Both the position numbers and the translations under genes were made by a program. Below are positions 38,743 through 51,483 of a stretch of DNA of 64,000 nucleotides, one piece after another. Origin of the DNA: Betaproteobacteria bacterium (GTDB taxonomy: Bacteria; Pseudomonadota; Gammaproteobacteria; Burkholderiales; SG8-39); NCBI GenBank assembly GCA_004298385.1, contig SCTX01000030.1, positions 12,069 through 76,068 of the forward strand, given 5' to 3'. Within the stretch, counting starts at the first letter, position 1. Each line of letters starts with the position of its first letter. Below the pieces are notes generated by a model. It saw only the letters and a list, made by a program, of their open reading frames with translations. It was not told where the DNA came from and did no database searches.

Positions 38743-39531
38743 TCACTCGCCGCGAAACACCGGTTTGCGCTTTTCCAGAAATGCCCGGGAGCCTTCCTGG
38801 GCATCTTTGCTGCTCCACACCTGGGTCTGCAATTCCCGCAAGGCGCGAATCTCCTCCGCGCCGGGGCCTTGGCCGGCCATCAAGACATCGACAATGCGCT
38901 TGGCGCCCGCCACCGACAAAGGGGCCGCTTCGATGAGCTGCCGGGCGTAGGCCAGCGTTTCTTCCCGCAACCGGGCGCGGGGCACCACGCGATGCACTAA
39001 TCCCATGGCCAGGGCCTCCGCCGCGGTAATGGTGCGTCCGGTCATGAACAGATCCTTGGCGTTGGCCGGGCCCACGAGCTGGATGAAACGCCGGGTGCCT
39101 TCCCAGGTATAGAGAATCCCCAGCCGGGCGGGAGGGATCGCCAGCCGGGCCTCTTCGGCGGCGAAACGGAAATCGCAATTGGTCAACAAATCGCACGCCG
39201 CGCCCATGGTTACCCCGTTGATCATGGCGACGAGCGGCTTGCCGATCTGCCGCAGCTTGCCGTAAGCCTCCTCGATGAGTCCCGTTTCCTCCCCCGGCGT
39301 ACCCCCACCGGCGCTTTTCAGCTCGGAGATGTCGAAGCCGGCGCAAAACGACGTGTCGCCGGAGCCGGTGATGACAATCACCCGGGTTTGTGGATTCCGG
39401 TCTTCGGCAAGCGCCGCGTCGCGTAATTCCCGAAGCATGGTGGGTGACATAGCGTTGCGCTTGTCCGGCCGATGCAGCAGTAGTATGGCGATGCCGTCTT
39501 CCCGCTGGACTTGCAGATATTGGTATGTCAT
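38743..39531 (-). CDS. Enoyl-CoA hydratase/isomerase family protein
   Basis: Starts MTYQYLQVQREDGIAILLLHRPDKRNAMS. Contains ITGSGDTSFCAGFDI and GVTMGAACDL. Confidence 0.85.
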   Translation of the reverse strand: MTYQYLQVQREDGIAILLLHRPDKRNAMSPTMLRELRDAALAEDRNPQTRVIVITGSGDTSFCAGFDISELKSAGGGTPGEETGLIEEAYGKLRQIGKPLVAMINGVTMGAACDLLTNCDFRFAAEEARLAIPPARLGILYTWEGTRRFIQLVGPANAKDLFMTGRTITAAEALAMGLVHRVVPRARLREETLAYARQLIEAAPLSVAGAKRIVDVLMAGQGPGAEEIRALRELQTQVWSSKDAQEGSRAFLEKRKPVFRGE

Positions 39532-39830
39532 GGAACAGGCTCCTGGAAACGTCGTGGGTTGGAATCTGGCTATTTTCCGGTAAATCCTTCCCGAGGGAAA
39601 CCGGAATATATTCAACGGTGGTAAATTTTTTCTGCCGGTAACTTCAGCCCGCGGCGCAGGCGTAACCAGCTTCCCGGCACAGTGTTCGGCTGCGGCAATT
39701 CAACCCGAAACCGTCGCCGGCGGCGGCTGAGGAAAATAGACTGGGGAAAATGGCTTGAAACAGCCTCTGGATTGGGCGAGTATAAGAGGACGTGTCCCCT
39801 CATGTTGTAACCGGATCCAAGGAGAAATCG

Positions 39831-40226
39831 ATGTTCGAACCCGTTTCCATCCCATTCGGCGCCAAGATGCTGTTCAACACCCTCAGGGTCAAACCGGGCG
39901 TCAATTTTGATGACGTCGAACAGGCGCTGGGTGAACTGTGCAATGTCGTTAAGAATACCTACGGCGGCGACAAAGGAGGCTTCATCTGCGGGCAGGTGTT
40001 CAAGTTTTCCGGTTTCGTTTCGGACGAGGGGTCTCTGAACGAATCCAGGACCGCCGACGAACACATCGTTATCGTGACTTATTGGCGGTCTTTCGAGGAG
40101 CATGAGAAATCACATGCCGACAAGACGTTCCTCGCCAAGTTTTCCGTCTTGGGTGAAATGTGCTCCGACAGCAAGGAACTTGGCTACGACATGTTGTGGC
40201 AAGGGGAACCGGAGCCCGAAACTTGA
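39831..40226 (+). CDS. Hypothetical protein (131 aa)
   Basis: ATG follows AAGGAGAAATCG. IVIVTYWRSFEEHEKSHADKTF faintly recalls ABM/Dabb-fold proteins. No firm assignment. Confidence 0.45.
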   Translation: MFEPVSIPFGAKMLFNTLRVKPGVNFDDVEQALGELCNVVKNTYGGDKGGFICGQVFKFSGFVSDEGSLNESRTADEHIVIVTYWRSFEEHEKSHADKTFLAKFSVLGEMCSDSKELGYDMLWQGEPEPET

Positions 40227-40271
40227 GACGGGCGAGTGGGGGCGCCGGCTGTGGCAACCCACCGGTAGCTG

Positions 40272-40814
40272 TCACGCCGGCTTCAAGCTTTGCGCATAGG
40301 TGTTAGCGAAGCGCTCTACGGCGTCCCAGTCGGTGTACTCGTAGTCTTGCGACGTGTCGGTATTGCCGCCACCCAAGCCGACGAACACGATCATTACCCT
40401 GCGCTTGATCGGGCCGTACCGGCTGTACTTGAGCGCTCCGGCGAAACTGCCCGTCAATTGCGGCTGCCAGCCGGTCTGGCGCAGGAACTTGTCCAGATAA
40501 CGCTGTGCCGCGGCGGGTTTCGGCCGCGGCCCGCCGGCGCTCAAGCTCACCGAGAAAAAGGCGCAGGGCCGGGCGGCAAGAGCGTCGCGATGCCGGCGTA
40601 TCAGCGTGCGCAGGTAAGCCGGATGGCGTCCATAGTGAATCGAAGCGCCGACCATCACGGCGTCATACACCGCCGGGTCCAATCGCGCCGGATCGGTGTC
40701 GGCCGGCAGCATGTCCACGCTGTGTGCCTTTTCCCGCAGCGTGTGCGCAATGCGTTCGGCGATGAGCGCAGTCTGGCCTTCGGTGCTGGCGTAGAGCAGC
40801 AGGATGCGGGGCAT
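40272..40814 (-). CDS. hemG: Flavodoxin-like, menaquinone-dependent protoporphyrinogen oxidase
   Basis: 180 aa, MPRILLLYASTEGQT...VMVGASIHYGRHP...FFSVSL...GALKYSRYGPIKRRVM...GGNTDTSQDYEYTDWDAVERFA. It is collinear with E. coli HemG as I remember it. Confidence 0.8.
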   Translation of the reverse strand: MPRILLLYASTEGQTALIAERIAHTLREKAHSVDMLPADTDPARLDPAVYDAVMVGASIHYGRHPAYLRTLIRRHRDALAARPCAFFSVSLSAGGPRPKPAAAQRYLDKFLRQTGWQPQLTGSFAGALKYSRYGPIKRRVMIVFVGLGGGNTDTSQDYEYTDWDAVERFANTYAQSLKPA

Positions 40815-40995
40815 GGGAGGCGGGTTATCGGCTACTGCGTTGGATGAAATTGCTGCCGCTGCTCGAACGAAGCAGGCGAAATGATGCGCGAGCGAGGCAG
40901 TGAAGTCAATTGTGAATCCGTCGCTATACACCTGCGGCGATTCGGATCGTCCCTCCGGCGTTGTCGCGAAGTTGCGACGTTGCGCAATTCAAATC

Positions 40996-42141
40996 TCACC
41001 AACCCAGTTGCCGCGCGGCCAGATCCTTCATGATCTCCTCGGCGCCGCCGCCTATCATCATCACCTTCACCTCGCGGTAAATGCGCTCCGGCCGCGTGCC
41101 GCGCATGAACCCGGCGCCGCCGAGGATCTGCACCGCCTGGTCGGCGCAGAACTGCATGGTCTGGGTGGCGTAGTTCTTCAGCATCGCCAGTTGCGCCACC
41201 GGACGCTCGCCTTGCTGCATGCGCCAGGCCAGGTCCTCGAGCAGGGCGCGTGCCGTCTCGATGCGCATCTGCATGTCGACGAGCTTGTGCCGGATCACCT
41301 GGCGCTCGATCAAGGGCTCGCCGAAGGTGCGCCGCTCGCGCGCCCAGGCAAGCGCGTCTTCGAGACACACCCGTGCGAAGCCGCAGGCGATGGCCGACAT
41401 GGTCAGGCGCTCCATGTTGAAATTGAACATGATCGCCTTGAAGCCCTGGCCTTCCGCGCCGATGAGATTGGCCGCCGGCACGCGCACGTCGTCGAAGTAC
41501 AGCGCCGCGGTGTCCGACGTCCACCAGCCCATTTTCTTCAGCGGCGAGCGCGTGAACCCCGGACGGTCGCGCTCGATTAACAGCAGCGACACGCCGGCCG
41601 CGCCGCGGCTGCCGGTGCGCACGGCCACGGTGTAGTAATCGGCGCGCATGCCCGAGGTGATGAACATCTTTGAGCCGTTGACCACGTATTCGCCGCCTTC
41701 GAGGCGCGCGCTGGTGAGCAGGCCGGCCACGTCCGAGCCGCCGGAGGGCTCGGTGATCGCCAGCGCGCTGATTTTCTTCCCCGCGAGGATTTCGGGCAGC
41801 ACGCGGCGCTTCAGCGCCTCGCTGCCGAAATGCAGGATCGGCGGCGCGCCGATGCCGTGCGACAGAAGGCTCGCGACCAAGCCGCCACTGCCCGCGCGGG
41901 TAAGTTCCTCCAGCGCGACCAGGTGGTAGAACACATCGGCGGGCGTGCCGCCGTACTCTTCCGGAAAACCGATGCCGAGCAAGCCGACGCCGGCGGCCTT
42001 GCGGTAGAGTTCGCGCGGGAACTCTCCCGCTTCCTCCCACGCCTCCACCTGCGGCATGATTTCCTCGCGCACGAAATGGGCAAGCGCATCGCGAAATTGG
42101 CGGTGAGCCTCGGTGTAATAGCGGCGGTCGGTCAGGGTCAA
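40996..42141 (-). CDS. Acyl-CoA dehydrogenase (isovaleryl-CoA dehydrogenase-like; candidate liuA)
   Basis: TTG start at 42141 follows GAGGA, giving (M)TLTDRRYYTEAHRQFRDALAHFVREEIMP. Contains GIGFPEEYGG, LAITEPSGGSD and a C-terminal GGGAEEIMKDLAARQLGW. Substrate is inferred from the neighbouring liu genes only. Confidence 0.75.
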   Translation of the reverse strand: MTLTDRRYYTEAHRQFRDALAHFVREEIMPQVEAWEEAGEFPRELYRKAAGVGLLGIGFPEEYGGTPADVFYHLVALEELTRAGSGGLVASLLSHGIGAPPILHFGSEALKRRVLPEILAGKKISALAITEPSGGSDVAGLLTSARLEGGEYVVNGSKMFITSGMRADYYTVAVRTGSRGAAGVSLLLIERDRPGFTRSPLKKMGWWTSDTAALYFDDVRVPAANLIGAEGQGFKAIMFNFNMERLTMSAIACGFARVCLEDALAWARERRTFGEPLIERQVIRHKLVDMQMRIETARALLEDLAWRMQQGERPVAQLAMLKNYATQTMQFCADQAVQILGGAGFMRGTRPERIYREVKVMMIGGGAEEIMKDLAARQLGW

Positions 42142-42299
42142 GGCGACATCCTCGGAGCGCGGCTCAAGCGTCCTCGTCCAGCACCTTCGGTGATTGTGCC
42201 GGCAGCAAAGCGTTGAAGCGCTCGTTCGCGCCATTGGCGCAACGGCATCCTTGCGGCTAAAATCGAAGCCTGCGTATTGTTGGGGCAAGAAAGCATATC

Positions 42300-43037
42300 A
42301 TGAGGGAACCTCTTTCTGTCGATTTGGATCAGCCGCCTGGCCCTCTATGTTCGGCGCAGACCTATTTCTTCGATAGCGACGCGCCGACGCTGGCCGCTTT
42401 CGCCAGAGCCACGGCGGGAGACGCGGCAACCCCGAGGGAGAAAGCGGTGCGCCTTTACTACGCGGTGCGGGATCGCATCCGCTACGATCCGGCGTTTTGC
42501 AATCTGAGCCAGGAACAATTCCGGGCCAGCGCGGTGTTGGCGGAGGGGCGCGGGTACTGCATTCCCAAGGCGTTGCTGCTGGCCACCCTGGCCCGTGCCC
42601 AGGGCATTCCGGCTGCTCTCGGATTGGCCGATGTCCGCAATCATCTATCGACTCCCGAGATGTTGGAGGGGATGGATACCGACCGTTTCTTCCACGGCTA
42701 CACGGTGATGCATCTGCAGGGGAAATGGCTGAAGGTTTCCCCGGCGTTCAATCTTTCCATGTGCGAGCGCTTTCGGGTACTGCCGCTGGAGTGGGATGGC
42801 AGGCAGGATGCCTTGCTGCACCCTTACGATGCCTTGGATCGCCGGCACATGGAATACCTTGCCGATCATGGGGTAATCTGGGATCTCCCCTACGAACGGG
42901 TGATAGCCACCTTGTGGGCGCGTTTCCCCGGCTACATGGCGCGGCTGGCCCAAGGGGAAGGCGGCCGCTTCCAACCAAGCCGGGCAGCGCCTGCCACGGC
43001 TGATCCGGCGCCGTTTTTTCCGCCGGGAGGATCGTGA
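42300..43037 (+). CDS. Transglutaminase-like cysteine peptidase-fold protein
   Basis: 245 aa with the core GRGYCIPKALLLATLARAQGIPA and a later His (HGYTVMHL). Confidence 0.7.
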   Translation: MREPLSVDLDQPPGPLCSAQTYFFDSDAPTLAAFARATAGDAATPREKAVRLYYAVRDRIRYDPAFCNLSQEQFRASAVLAEGRGYCIPKALLLATLARAQGIPAALGLADVRNHLSTPEMLEGMDTDRFFHGYTVMHLQGKWLKVSPAFNLSMCERFRVLPLEWDGRQDALLHPYDALDRRHMEYLADHGVIWDLPYERVIATLWARFPGYMARLAQGEGGRFQPSRAAPATADPAPFFPPGGS

Positions 43038-43242
43038 TGAATCTCGCACAACTGCTGGTCAAGGTGGCCTGCGCTCACGGCGAGCCGCCGGCGCTATGCC
43101 TCTTACGTCATCACCGAGCGGCATAGCCAGTTCCCGGTAGTGTCCGGTTTCGCCGCCGTCGGGCACCTGGTGGTTGCTATAATGCCTTTTCGAGCGCGTT
43201 CCCGCGTTAACCGCGCCGATCACATTTCTCCTGCCGCCTGCC

Positions 43243-44850
43243 ATGAGCACACTGAAAACCAACCTCAACGCGCGCTCCGCTGAATTCCGGGCCTATGCCG
43301 GGGCGATGTCGGCGCTGGTCGCCGACCTGCGCGCCAAGATCGATCAGGTGGCCCTGGGCGGCGGCGAGGCCGCGCGCGCCAAGCATGTCGCCCGCGGCAA
43401 GCTCTTGCCGCGCGAGCGCGTGCGCACCCTGCTCGACGCGGGCTCGCCGTTTCTCGAACTGTCGCAGCTTGCGGCCTTGAACATGTACGACAACGAGGCG
43501 CCCTGCGCCGGCATCATCACCGGCATCGGCCGCGTCCTGGGCCAGGAATGCATGGTGGTGGTGAACGACGCCACGGTGAAGGGCGGCACCTACTTCCCGA
43601 TGACGGTGAAAAAGCATTTGCGCGCGCAGGAAATCGCGGCGCAGAACAACCTGCCCTGCGTTTACCTGGTGGATTCGGGCGGCGCCAACCTGCCCACTTG
43701 GGAAGAAGTGTTCCCGGACCGCGAGCATTTCGGCCGCATTTTCTATAACCAGGCCAACATGTCGTCAGCCGGAATACCCCAGATCGCGGTGGTGATGGGC
43801 TCGTGCACCGCCGGCGGCGCCTATGTGCCGGCGATGTCCGACGAGACGATCATCGTCAAAGGGCAGGGCACGATTTTTCTGGGCGGACCGCCGCTGGTGA
43901 AGGCCGCCACCGGCGAGATCGTCACGCCCGAGGAGCTGGGCGGCGCCGACGTGCACACGCGCCAGTCGGGGGTCGCCGATCATTACGCGGTGAACGATGC
44001 GCACGCCCTGTCGATTGCCCGGACCATCGTCGGCAACCTGAACCGGGTGAAGCGGGTGAGCACGGTGCTACGCGAGCCGCGCGAGCCGCTGTATCCGGCC
44101 GAGGAATTGCACGGCGTGATTCCCTCCGACACGCGCAAACCCTATGACGTGCGCGAGGTGATCGCGCGCTTTGTCGACGCGAGCGAACTGGACGAGTTCA
44201 AGCAGAATTACGGCACCACACTGGTCGCCGGTTTCGCCCACATCTACGGCTATCCCATCGGCATCATCGCCAACAACGGCATCCTCTATTCCGAATCGGC
44301 GCTCAAGGCCGCGCATTTCATCGAACTGTGCACGCAGCGCGGAGTACCGCTCTTGTTCCTGCAGAACATCACCGGCTTCATGGTAGGCAAGAAATACGAA
44401 ACCAGCGGCATCGCCCGCGACGGCGCCAAGATGGTCACCGCCGTGTCCTGCGCGCGCGTGCCCAAGTTCACTGTCATCATCGGCGGCAGCTACGGCGCCG
44501 GCAACTACGGCATGTGTGGCCGCGCCTACTCGCCCAGGTTCCTGTGGATGTGGCCGAACGCGCGCGTGTCGGTCATGGGCGGGCCGCAGGCGGCTTCCGT
44601 GCTCGCCACGGTCAAGCGCGACGGCATCGAGGCCAAGGGCGGAAGCTGGAGCAAGGAAGAGGAAGAGGCGTTCAAGCAGCCCATCCTCGCGCAGTACGAC
44701 AGCAATGGCCACCCTTACTACGCCAGCGCGCGGCTGTGGGACGACGGCGTGATCGCGCCCGAAGATACCCGCAGGGTGCTCGGCCTGGCGCTTTCGGCCG
44801 CGCTCAACGCGCCGATCGAACCGACGCGATTCGGCGTGTTCAGGATGTAA
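43243..44850 (+). CDS. liuB: Methylcrotonyl-CoA carboxylase carboxyltransferase (beta) subunit
   Basis: 535 aa carboxyltransferase with [15 protein letters not shown] and [16 protein letters not shown]. Sits next to the biotin carboxylase subunit and HMG-CoA lyase. Confidence 0.85.
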   Translation: MSTLKTNLNARSAEFRAYAGAMSALVADLRAKIDQVALGGGEAARAKHVARGKLLPRERVRTLLDAGSPFLELSQLAALNMYDNEAPCAGIITGIGRVLGQECMVVVNDATVKGGTYFPMTVKKHLRAQEIAAQNNLPCVYLVDSGGANLPTWEEVFPDREHFGRIFYNQANMSSAGIPQIAVVMGSCTAGGAYVPAMSDETIIVKGQGTIFLGGPPLVKAATGEIVTPEELGGADVHTRQSGVADHYAVNDAHALSIARTIVGNLNRVKRVSTVLREPREPLYPAEELHGVIPSDTRKPYDVREVIARFVDASELDEFKQNYGTTLVAGFAHIYGYPIGIIANNGILYSESALKAAHFIELCTQRGVPLLFLQNITGFMVGKKYETSGIARDGAKMVTAVSCARVPKFTVIIGGSYGAGNYGMCGRAYSPRFLWMWPNARVSVMGGPQAASVLATVKRDGIEAKGGSWSKEEEEAFKQPILAQYDSNGHPYYASARLWDDGVIAPEDTRRVLGLALSAALNAPIEPTRFGVFRM

Positions 44851-44909
44851 CGGCAGTATCCATTTACACCGCCGGCAAACGCCTTGCCGGCCGAACCAAG
44901 GACGAACCG

Positions 44910-45752
44910 ATGAAATACAAGACTCTGGAAATCGCCGTTCAACACGGTGTCGGCGTGATCTGGATGAATCGCCCGGATGTGCGCAACGCGTTCAACGAAA
45001 TCATGATCGCCGAGCTGACGCAGGCGTTCAAGGCCGCGGACGCGGACAAGAGCCTGCGCGCCGTGGTGCTGGCGGGGCACGGGCCGGCTTTCTGCGCCGG
45101 CGCAGATCTCAACTGGATGAAAAAAATGTCCGGCTACAGCTTGAGGGAGAACCATGCCGATGCGATGGGGCTGGCCGCGATGCTGAACACCATTTACATG
45201 ATGAAGAAACCGACCGTCGCGCGCGTGCACGGTCCGGCCTTTGCCGGGGGCATGGGCCTGGTCACCGCCTGCGACATCGCGGTGGCGGCGCAGGAGGCCG
45301 AGTTCTGCCTGTCCGAAGTCAAGCTGGGACTGATCGCTGCGACCATCGGCCCCTACGTGGTCGCCGCCATGGGCGAGCGCCACGCGCGGCGCTACTTCCT
45401 TAGCGCCGAACGCTTTACCGCCGCCGAGGCGTACCGCATCGGCCTAGTCCACGACATCGTCCCCACGGCGGAACTCGACGCCGGCGTCAACGCCTTGCTC
45501 GGTCACCTGCTTCTCGCGAGCCCGGCCGCGATTGCCGCGAGCAAGGATCTGATCCGCAGGGTGGCGCGCGGCGCGGTCGATCAGGACATGATCGCCGACA
45601 CCGCCGCGCGCATCGCCGCGGCGCGCGCCTCCGCCGACGGCAAGGAGGGCATCCGCTCCTTCCTGGAAAAACGCAAGCCGTCGTGGGTTGAAATCAAGAC
45701 GCAACCCGCAAAGGACGCCAAGGCAAAAATGGCCAAAGCGAGCAAGCGTTGA
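44910..45752 (+). CDS. liuC: Enoyl-CoA hydratase family protein (methylglutaconyl-CoA hydratase candidate)
   Basis: Starts MKYKTLEIAVQHGVGVIWMNRPDVRNAFN. Contains GHGPAFCAGADLNWM and GPAFAGGMGLVTACD. Lies between the two carboxylase subunits. Confidence 0.8.
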   Translation: MKYKTLEIAVQHGVGVIWMNRPDVRNAFNEIMIAELTQAFKAADADKSLRAVVLAGHGPAFCAGADLNWMKKMSGYSLRENHADAMGLAAMLNTIYMMKKPTVARVHGPAFAGGMGLVTACDIAVAAQEAEFCLSEVKLGLIAATIGPYVVAAMGERHARRYFLSAERFTAAEAYRIGLVHDIVPTAELDAGVNALLGHLLLASPAAIAASKDLIRRVARGAVDQDMIADTAARIAAARASADGKEGIRSFLEKRKPSWVEIKTQPAKDAKAKMAKASKR

Positions 45753-45928
45753 AGCGAGAGTTTCTTTATATGGGGCGACTTGAATTGCGCCCGCGTTCTT
45801 GCGAAGTGGCGATATTGCGCGGACGAAAGACCGTCCGCGCGGATCGCCGATTGCGCGCGGACGAGAAGCCGTCCCCACGCAATCGACGATCTTGTATACC
45901 CCCCCACACGGCGTTCGGGGTTAACCAT

Positions 45929-45995
45929 AACCGTGTTTTGGGTACGGATGGTTTCTATCCGTACCAAAAACACGGTTGGCGCGCGCAGCGCGCAA
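45929..45995. repeat. GTACGGATG-core hairpin repeat, copy 3, with a TTGGCGCGCGCAGCGCGCAA tail
   Basis: AACCGTGTTTTGGGTACGGATG-GTTTCT-ATCCGTACCAAAAACACGGTT followed by a GC-rich mini-palindrome. It lies just upstream of liuD. Confidence 0.8.
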
Positions 45996-46023
45996 TTCCG
46001 CTCATGGCCCTCGTGGCGAAAAG

Positions 46024-48042
<2,019 letters not shown>

Positions 48043-48055
48043 CTTTGAGCTCTTT

Positions 48056-48964
48056 ATGACGCTTCCGAAAAAAGTACGCATCGTCGAAGTCGGCCCGCGC
48101 GACGGCCTGCAGAACGAAGCCGGGGTGGTGGCTACCGCAGTCAAGATCGAGTTGATACACCTCCTCACCGACGCCGGCCTGACGGCGATCGAGGCTACCG
48201 CCTTCGTCTCGCCCAAGTGGGTTCCGCAAATGGCGGACAACGCCGAAGTCATGGCAGGCATCCGCAGGAAACCCGGGGTTGCCTATCCGGTGCTGGTGCC
48301 GAACATGAATGGCTTCGACGCGGCGCTGGCGGCGGGCGTGGGGGAAATCGCCGTGTTCGGCGCGGCATCCGAAGCTTTCAGCCGGAAGAACATCAACTGT
48401 TCCATCGCCGAGAGCCTGGCGCGCTTCGAGCCGGTGGCGCAGGCGGCGAAGCAGCACGGCCTTTCCGTGCGCGGCTACGTCTCTTGCGTCGCTGGCTGTC
48501 CCTATCAGGGCGTGGTCGAGCCCGCGGCGGTGGCCGAAGTCGCGGCCGAACTCTACCGCATGGGCTGTTACGAAATTTCCCTGGGCGACACCATCGGCGT
48601 CGGCACCCCGGGCAAGATCCAGGCGATGCTTTCCGCGGTGGCGAAAGCGGTGCCGATGGAAAAACTCGCGGTGCATTTCCACGACACCTATGGCCAGGCA
48701 TTGGCCAATCTGTATGCCGCGATGGAACTCGGCGTGGCCACCATGGACAGCTCGGTCGCAGGCCTCGGCGGCTGTCCCTATGCCAAGGGCGCCTCGGGCA
48801 ATGTCGCCACCGAAGACGTGGTGTATCTGCTGAATGGTCTGGGGATACAAACTGGTGTCGACATCGACCTCGTGTTCGAAGCCGGACGTTTCATCTGCGG
48901 GCAACTCCAGCGTACGCCGGCGTCCAAGGTCGCGCGGGCTATGGCCGCAAAGAAAGCGGCATGA
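48056..48964 (+). CDS. liuE: Hydroxymethylglutaryl-CoA lyase
   Basis: 302 aa with [32 protein letters not shown] and [20 protein letters not shown]. Confidence 0.9.
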   Translation: MTLPKKVRIVEVGPRDGLQNEAGVVATAVKIELIHLLTDAGLTAIEATAFVSPKWVPQMADNAEVMAGIRRKPGVAYPVLVPNMNGFDAALAAGVGEIAVFGAASEAFSRKNINCSIAESLARFEPVAQAAKQHGLSVRGYVSCVAGCPYQGVVEPAAVAEVAAELYRMGCYEISLGDTIGVGTPGKIQAMLSAVAKAVPMEKLAVHFHDTYGQALANLYAAMELGVATMDSSVAGLGGCPYAKGASGNVATEDVVYLLNGLGIQTGVDIDLVFEAGRFICGQLQRTPASKVARAMAAKKAA

Positions 48965-49158
48965 GTCACGTTGCTCCGATCAAGCAAGATGCGGAAGTCG
49001 CCTCTCCCTGCGTCGATGTATGCCGCATGGATGCGGCGAGCGGTTACTGCGAAGGCTGCCGTCGCAGCCTGGAGGAAATCGCCTGCTGGTCGATATATAC
49101 CCCGGCTGAAAAACGCGCCGTGCTTGCGCTGCTCTCTGCGCGAAATAAACTCCTTTGA
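48961..49158 (+). CDS. DUF1289-type small Cys-rich protein
   Basis: 65 aa with [29 protein letters not shown]. The ATG overlaps the liuE stop (ATGA). Confidence 0.7.
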   Translation: MSHVAPIKQDAEVASPCVDVCRMDAASGYCEGCRRSLEEIACWSIYTPAEKRAVLALLSARNKLL

Positions 49159-50063
49159 ACCTGCCGCCGCAAATCCAGGTACTGGAACGCGGCTGGATGT
49201 CCAGCAACAACATACTGATCGACGACGGCGACGCTTGCGCGCTGATCGACAGCGGTTATCACGCGCACGCCACCCAAACACTGCTGTTGCTGCAGCATGT
49301 CCTCGACGGCAAACCCCTCGTCCGACTGATCAACACGCATTGTCACTCCGACCACATGGGCGGCAACGCCGCACTGCAGCGCGCCTACGGCTGCCGCATC
49401 AGCATACCCGTGGGCGAAGCGCCGGCCATCGCCGCCTGGGACGATGCCGCCCTGATGCTCGGCTATACCGGCCAGAGCGCGGAGCGCTTCAGCTACGACG
49501 ACACCCTATCCGCAGGCGACAGACTGCTGCTTGGCGGCCTGGAATGGGAGGCGCTGGCGGCGCCGGGCCACGACATGCATGCGCTCATATTCTACTCGCG
49601 CGCGGCGCGCATCCTGATCTCGGGGGATGCGTTGTGGGAGAATGGCTTTGGGCTAATTTTCCCCGAGCTGTTCGGCCAGGCGGGCGGCTACGCCGCCACG
49701 CGCGTGACGCTGGAAGCGATCTCGCGCTTGGACATAGCCACGGTCATCCCCGGCCATGGCGCGCCTTTTGGCAACGTCGAACGCGCGCTCGAGACTTCGT
49801 TCCAGCGGCTGGACGCCTACGAACGCGATCCGGCCAAGCTCGCCCGGCACGCGCTCAAGGTGATGCTGAGTTTTTCGCTCATGATCCAGGGCAGGATGAC
49901 ATTGGCCGGGTTGCCGCAGTTTCTCGCCACGAGACCAATCTACGGTGACATCAACCGGCGTTTCCTGCATTTGTCCGAGGCCGAGCTGGGCGAGTACCTG
50001 GTGCGGGACCTCGAGCGCGCCGGCGCGCTGAAGCTCGAAGACGGCTGGCTGCTCGCTGCGTAG
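49155..50063 (+). CDS. Metallo-beta-lactamase fold hydrolase
   Basis: HxHxDH motif in INTHCHSDHMGGN. Start is TTG 49155, or ATG 49194. Confidence 0.8.
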   Translation: MNLPPQIQVLERGWMSSNNILIDDGDACALIDSGYHAHATQTLLLLQHVLDGKPLVRLINTHCHSDHMGGNAALQRAYGCRISIPVGEAPAIAAWDDAALMLGYTGQSAERFSYDDTLSAGDRLLLGGLEWEALAAPGHDMHALIFYSRAARILISGDALWENGFGLIFPELFGQAGGYAATRVTLEAISRLDIATVIPGHGAPFGNVERALETSFQRLDAYERDPAKLARHALKVMLSFSLMIQGRMTLAGLPQFLATRPIYGDINRRFLHLSEAELGEYLVRDLERAGALKLEDGWLLAA

Positions 50064-50200
50064 CCGATACCGACTCGCCCTGCACGCCTACTACCTTGGC
50101 GAAGGAGCTCCTCGCATGTACGGGCTCGATCCCTGCGCTTTTCACGCCTGAGCCCGGTGAGGAGACGCAATGCCGCAATGATTGACGTCCTTTAAAACGC

Positions 50201-51082
50201 TCAACTGTTCTTACGCTCGGCGCGCCAGCGCCGGCCGGCGCCGGTGGTGCCTTCCATCGTGTCGCCGAACACCCTGCCGAAGAAGTGGAGAGGTTCGGAC
50301 TGACGCCGGGTCTCGTCGATCACGGCAAAGCGTATCTCCGCGCCGCGTAGATGGGCGCTTTGCAGTAGAGTGCGCCCGCGCTCACGCCTGGCGACGCCGG
50401 AAATCTCCTGGAAGCGCTGGGCAAACTCGATCTCCATTGATTCTTGGGTCGCTCCCTTCAGTTGTACTTTCCATGCGCCGGCCACTTTCGCCGGCACGAT
50501 CCAGAGATAGACGGTGCTCGCCTGTATCGGCATCACCGGCTTCGTCAATCCTTCCAACACCGCCTTGGCGTCGGGCCGCCATTCCCCCATGTCCCAGTCG
50601 TGCGAGACCACGCGGGTGCCGGGTTTGAGTTGCGCCAGCAGGCGCGGCCGCAACTGCAGGTTCACCGCGGGCAGCAGATACATGGTGAGCACCGTGGCCT
50701 CGCGCAGGTCGGTGTCGAACAGGTCGCGTGCGAAAAAGCGCGCCCGCTCGGCGACGCCGGCTCTGCGCGCCGCTGCGTTGCTGGTTTCGACCAAGCCGGT
50801 GTCGAGATCGATGCCGAAGCCGCGCGCGCCGCGTTCTTGCGCGGCGGTAATGACAATGCGTCCGTCACCCGAACCGAGGTCAATCAGAAAGTCATCCGGC
50901 CCGACCTCGGCCAAGTCGAGCATTTTATCGACTACCGCCTGCGGCGTCTGAATGTAGGGGACTTCGTCCCCCTGAGTGGGAGATCGAAGGTCGGGACCAC
51001 CGGTAGAGGCGGAGGACTGGGCATGCGCGGCCGCGACCGGCACGGCGAACAGCGCGAAAGCAAGCAGACAACGCCGCCGCAT
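50201..51082 (-). CDS. Class I SAM-dependent methyltransferase with a signal peptide
   Basis: Start MRRRCLLAFALFAVPVAAAHAQ. SAM motif I is FLIDLGSGDGRIVITAA. Confidence 0.7.
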   Translation of the reverse strand: MRRRCLLAFALFAVPVAAAHAQSSASTGGPDLRSPTQGDEVPYIQTPQAVVDKMLDLAEVGPDDFLIDLGSGDGRIVITAAQERGARGFGIDLDTGLVETSNAAARRAGVAERARFFARDLFDTDLREATVLTMYLLPAVNLQLRPRLLAQLKPGTRVVSHDWDMGEWRPDAKAVLEGLTKPVMPIQASTVYLWIVPAKVAGAWKVQLKGATQESMEIEFAQRFQEISGVARRERGRTLLQSAHLRGAEIRFAVIDETRRQSEPLHFFGRVFGDTMEGTTGAGRRWRAERKNS

Positions 51083-51087
51083 GCCCG

Positions 51088-51255
51088 CTATGCGCCTTTC
51101 CTGCCGCGCGGAATGGGCTTGCCGCTGTCGCGCCACTGCACCGCTTTATGGAAGCCCTGCTTCTCCGCGTAGCCCTTGAACCACAGGCCCTCGGGAGAGT
51201 GGCGGCTGATGCCGTCGAAAATGGTGGCGAACATCTGCGTCGTCGCCAGCCCCAT
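51088..51255 (-). CDS. Possible small protein (55 aa), unassigned
   Basis: MGLATTQMFATIFDGISRHSPEGLWFKGYAEKQGFHKAVQWRDSGKPIPRGRKGA. Its composition looks coding, but I recognise no family. Confidence 0.3.
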   Translation of the reverse strand: MGLATTQMFATIFDGISRHSPEGLWFKGYAEKQGFHKAVQWRDSGKPIPRGRKGA

Positions 51256-51483
51256 GTTCTCGCAAGATTGGATCCTCCTCCAACGTGTTGCGCTTCGTCC
51301 GGAAGCGTTCTCGTTCTTATGGTAGCGCAAAAGCTTTCGTTGACATAATCCCGAGGGCAATAGGTTCAATTCTGCGAATCGCGGTATCCATCCGGGGGTG
51401 CGGATCGTGTCACCCCGACGCCGGTGGCAAACAACTTGCGCCGCACCGCGGGCGCCGCCGAATTCGCGTATCCTCCCGCCTGC

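Noticed and set aside
39780-39815. GTCCCCTCATGTTGTAA, considered as a third partial copy of the double-hairpin element (CCCCTCATTTTGTAA).
   Set aside because: Only about 15 nt match. The partner arm and the first hairpin are absent, and the segment overlaps the RBS region of the 39831 gene. The evidence is too weak.
44328-45752. N-terminally extended ORFs in the track. Examples: 44328-45752, 48217-49158, 53477-54841, 23742-25238, 33847-35142, 45976-48042.
   Set aside because: The extensions overlap neighbouring genes out of frame and are compositionally non-coding. Internal ATG or TTG codons with RBS sequences give products whose N-termini match their families.
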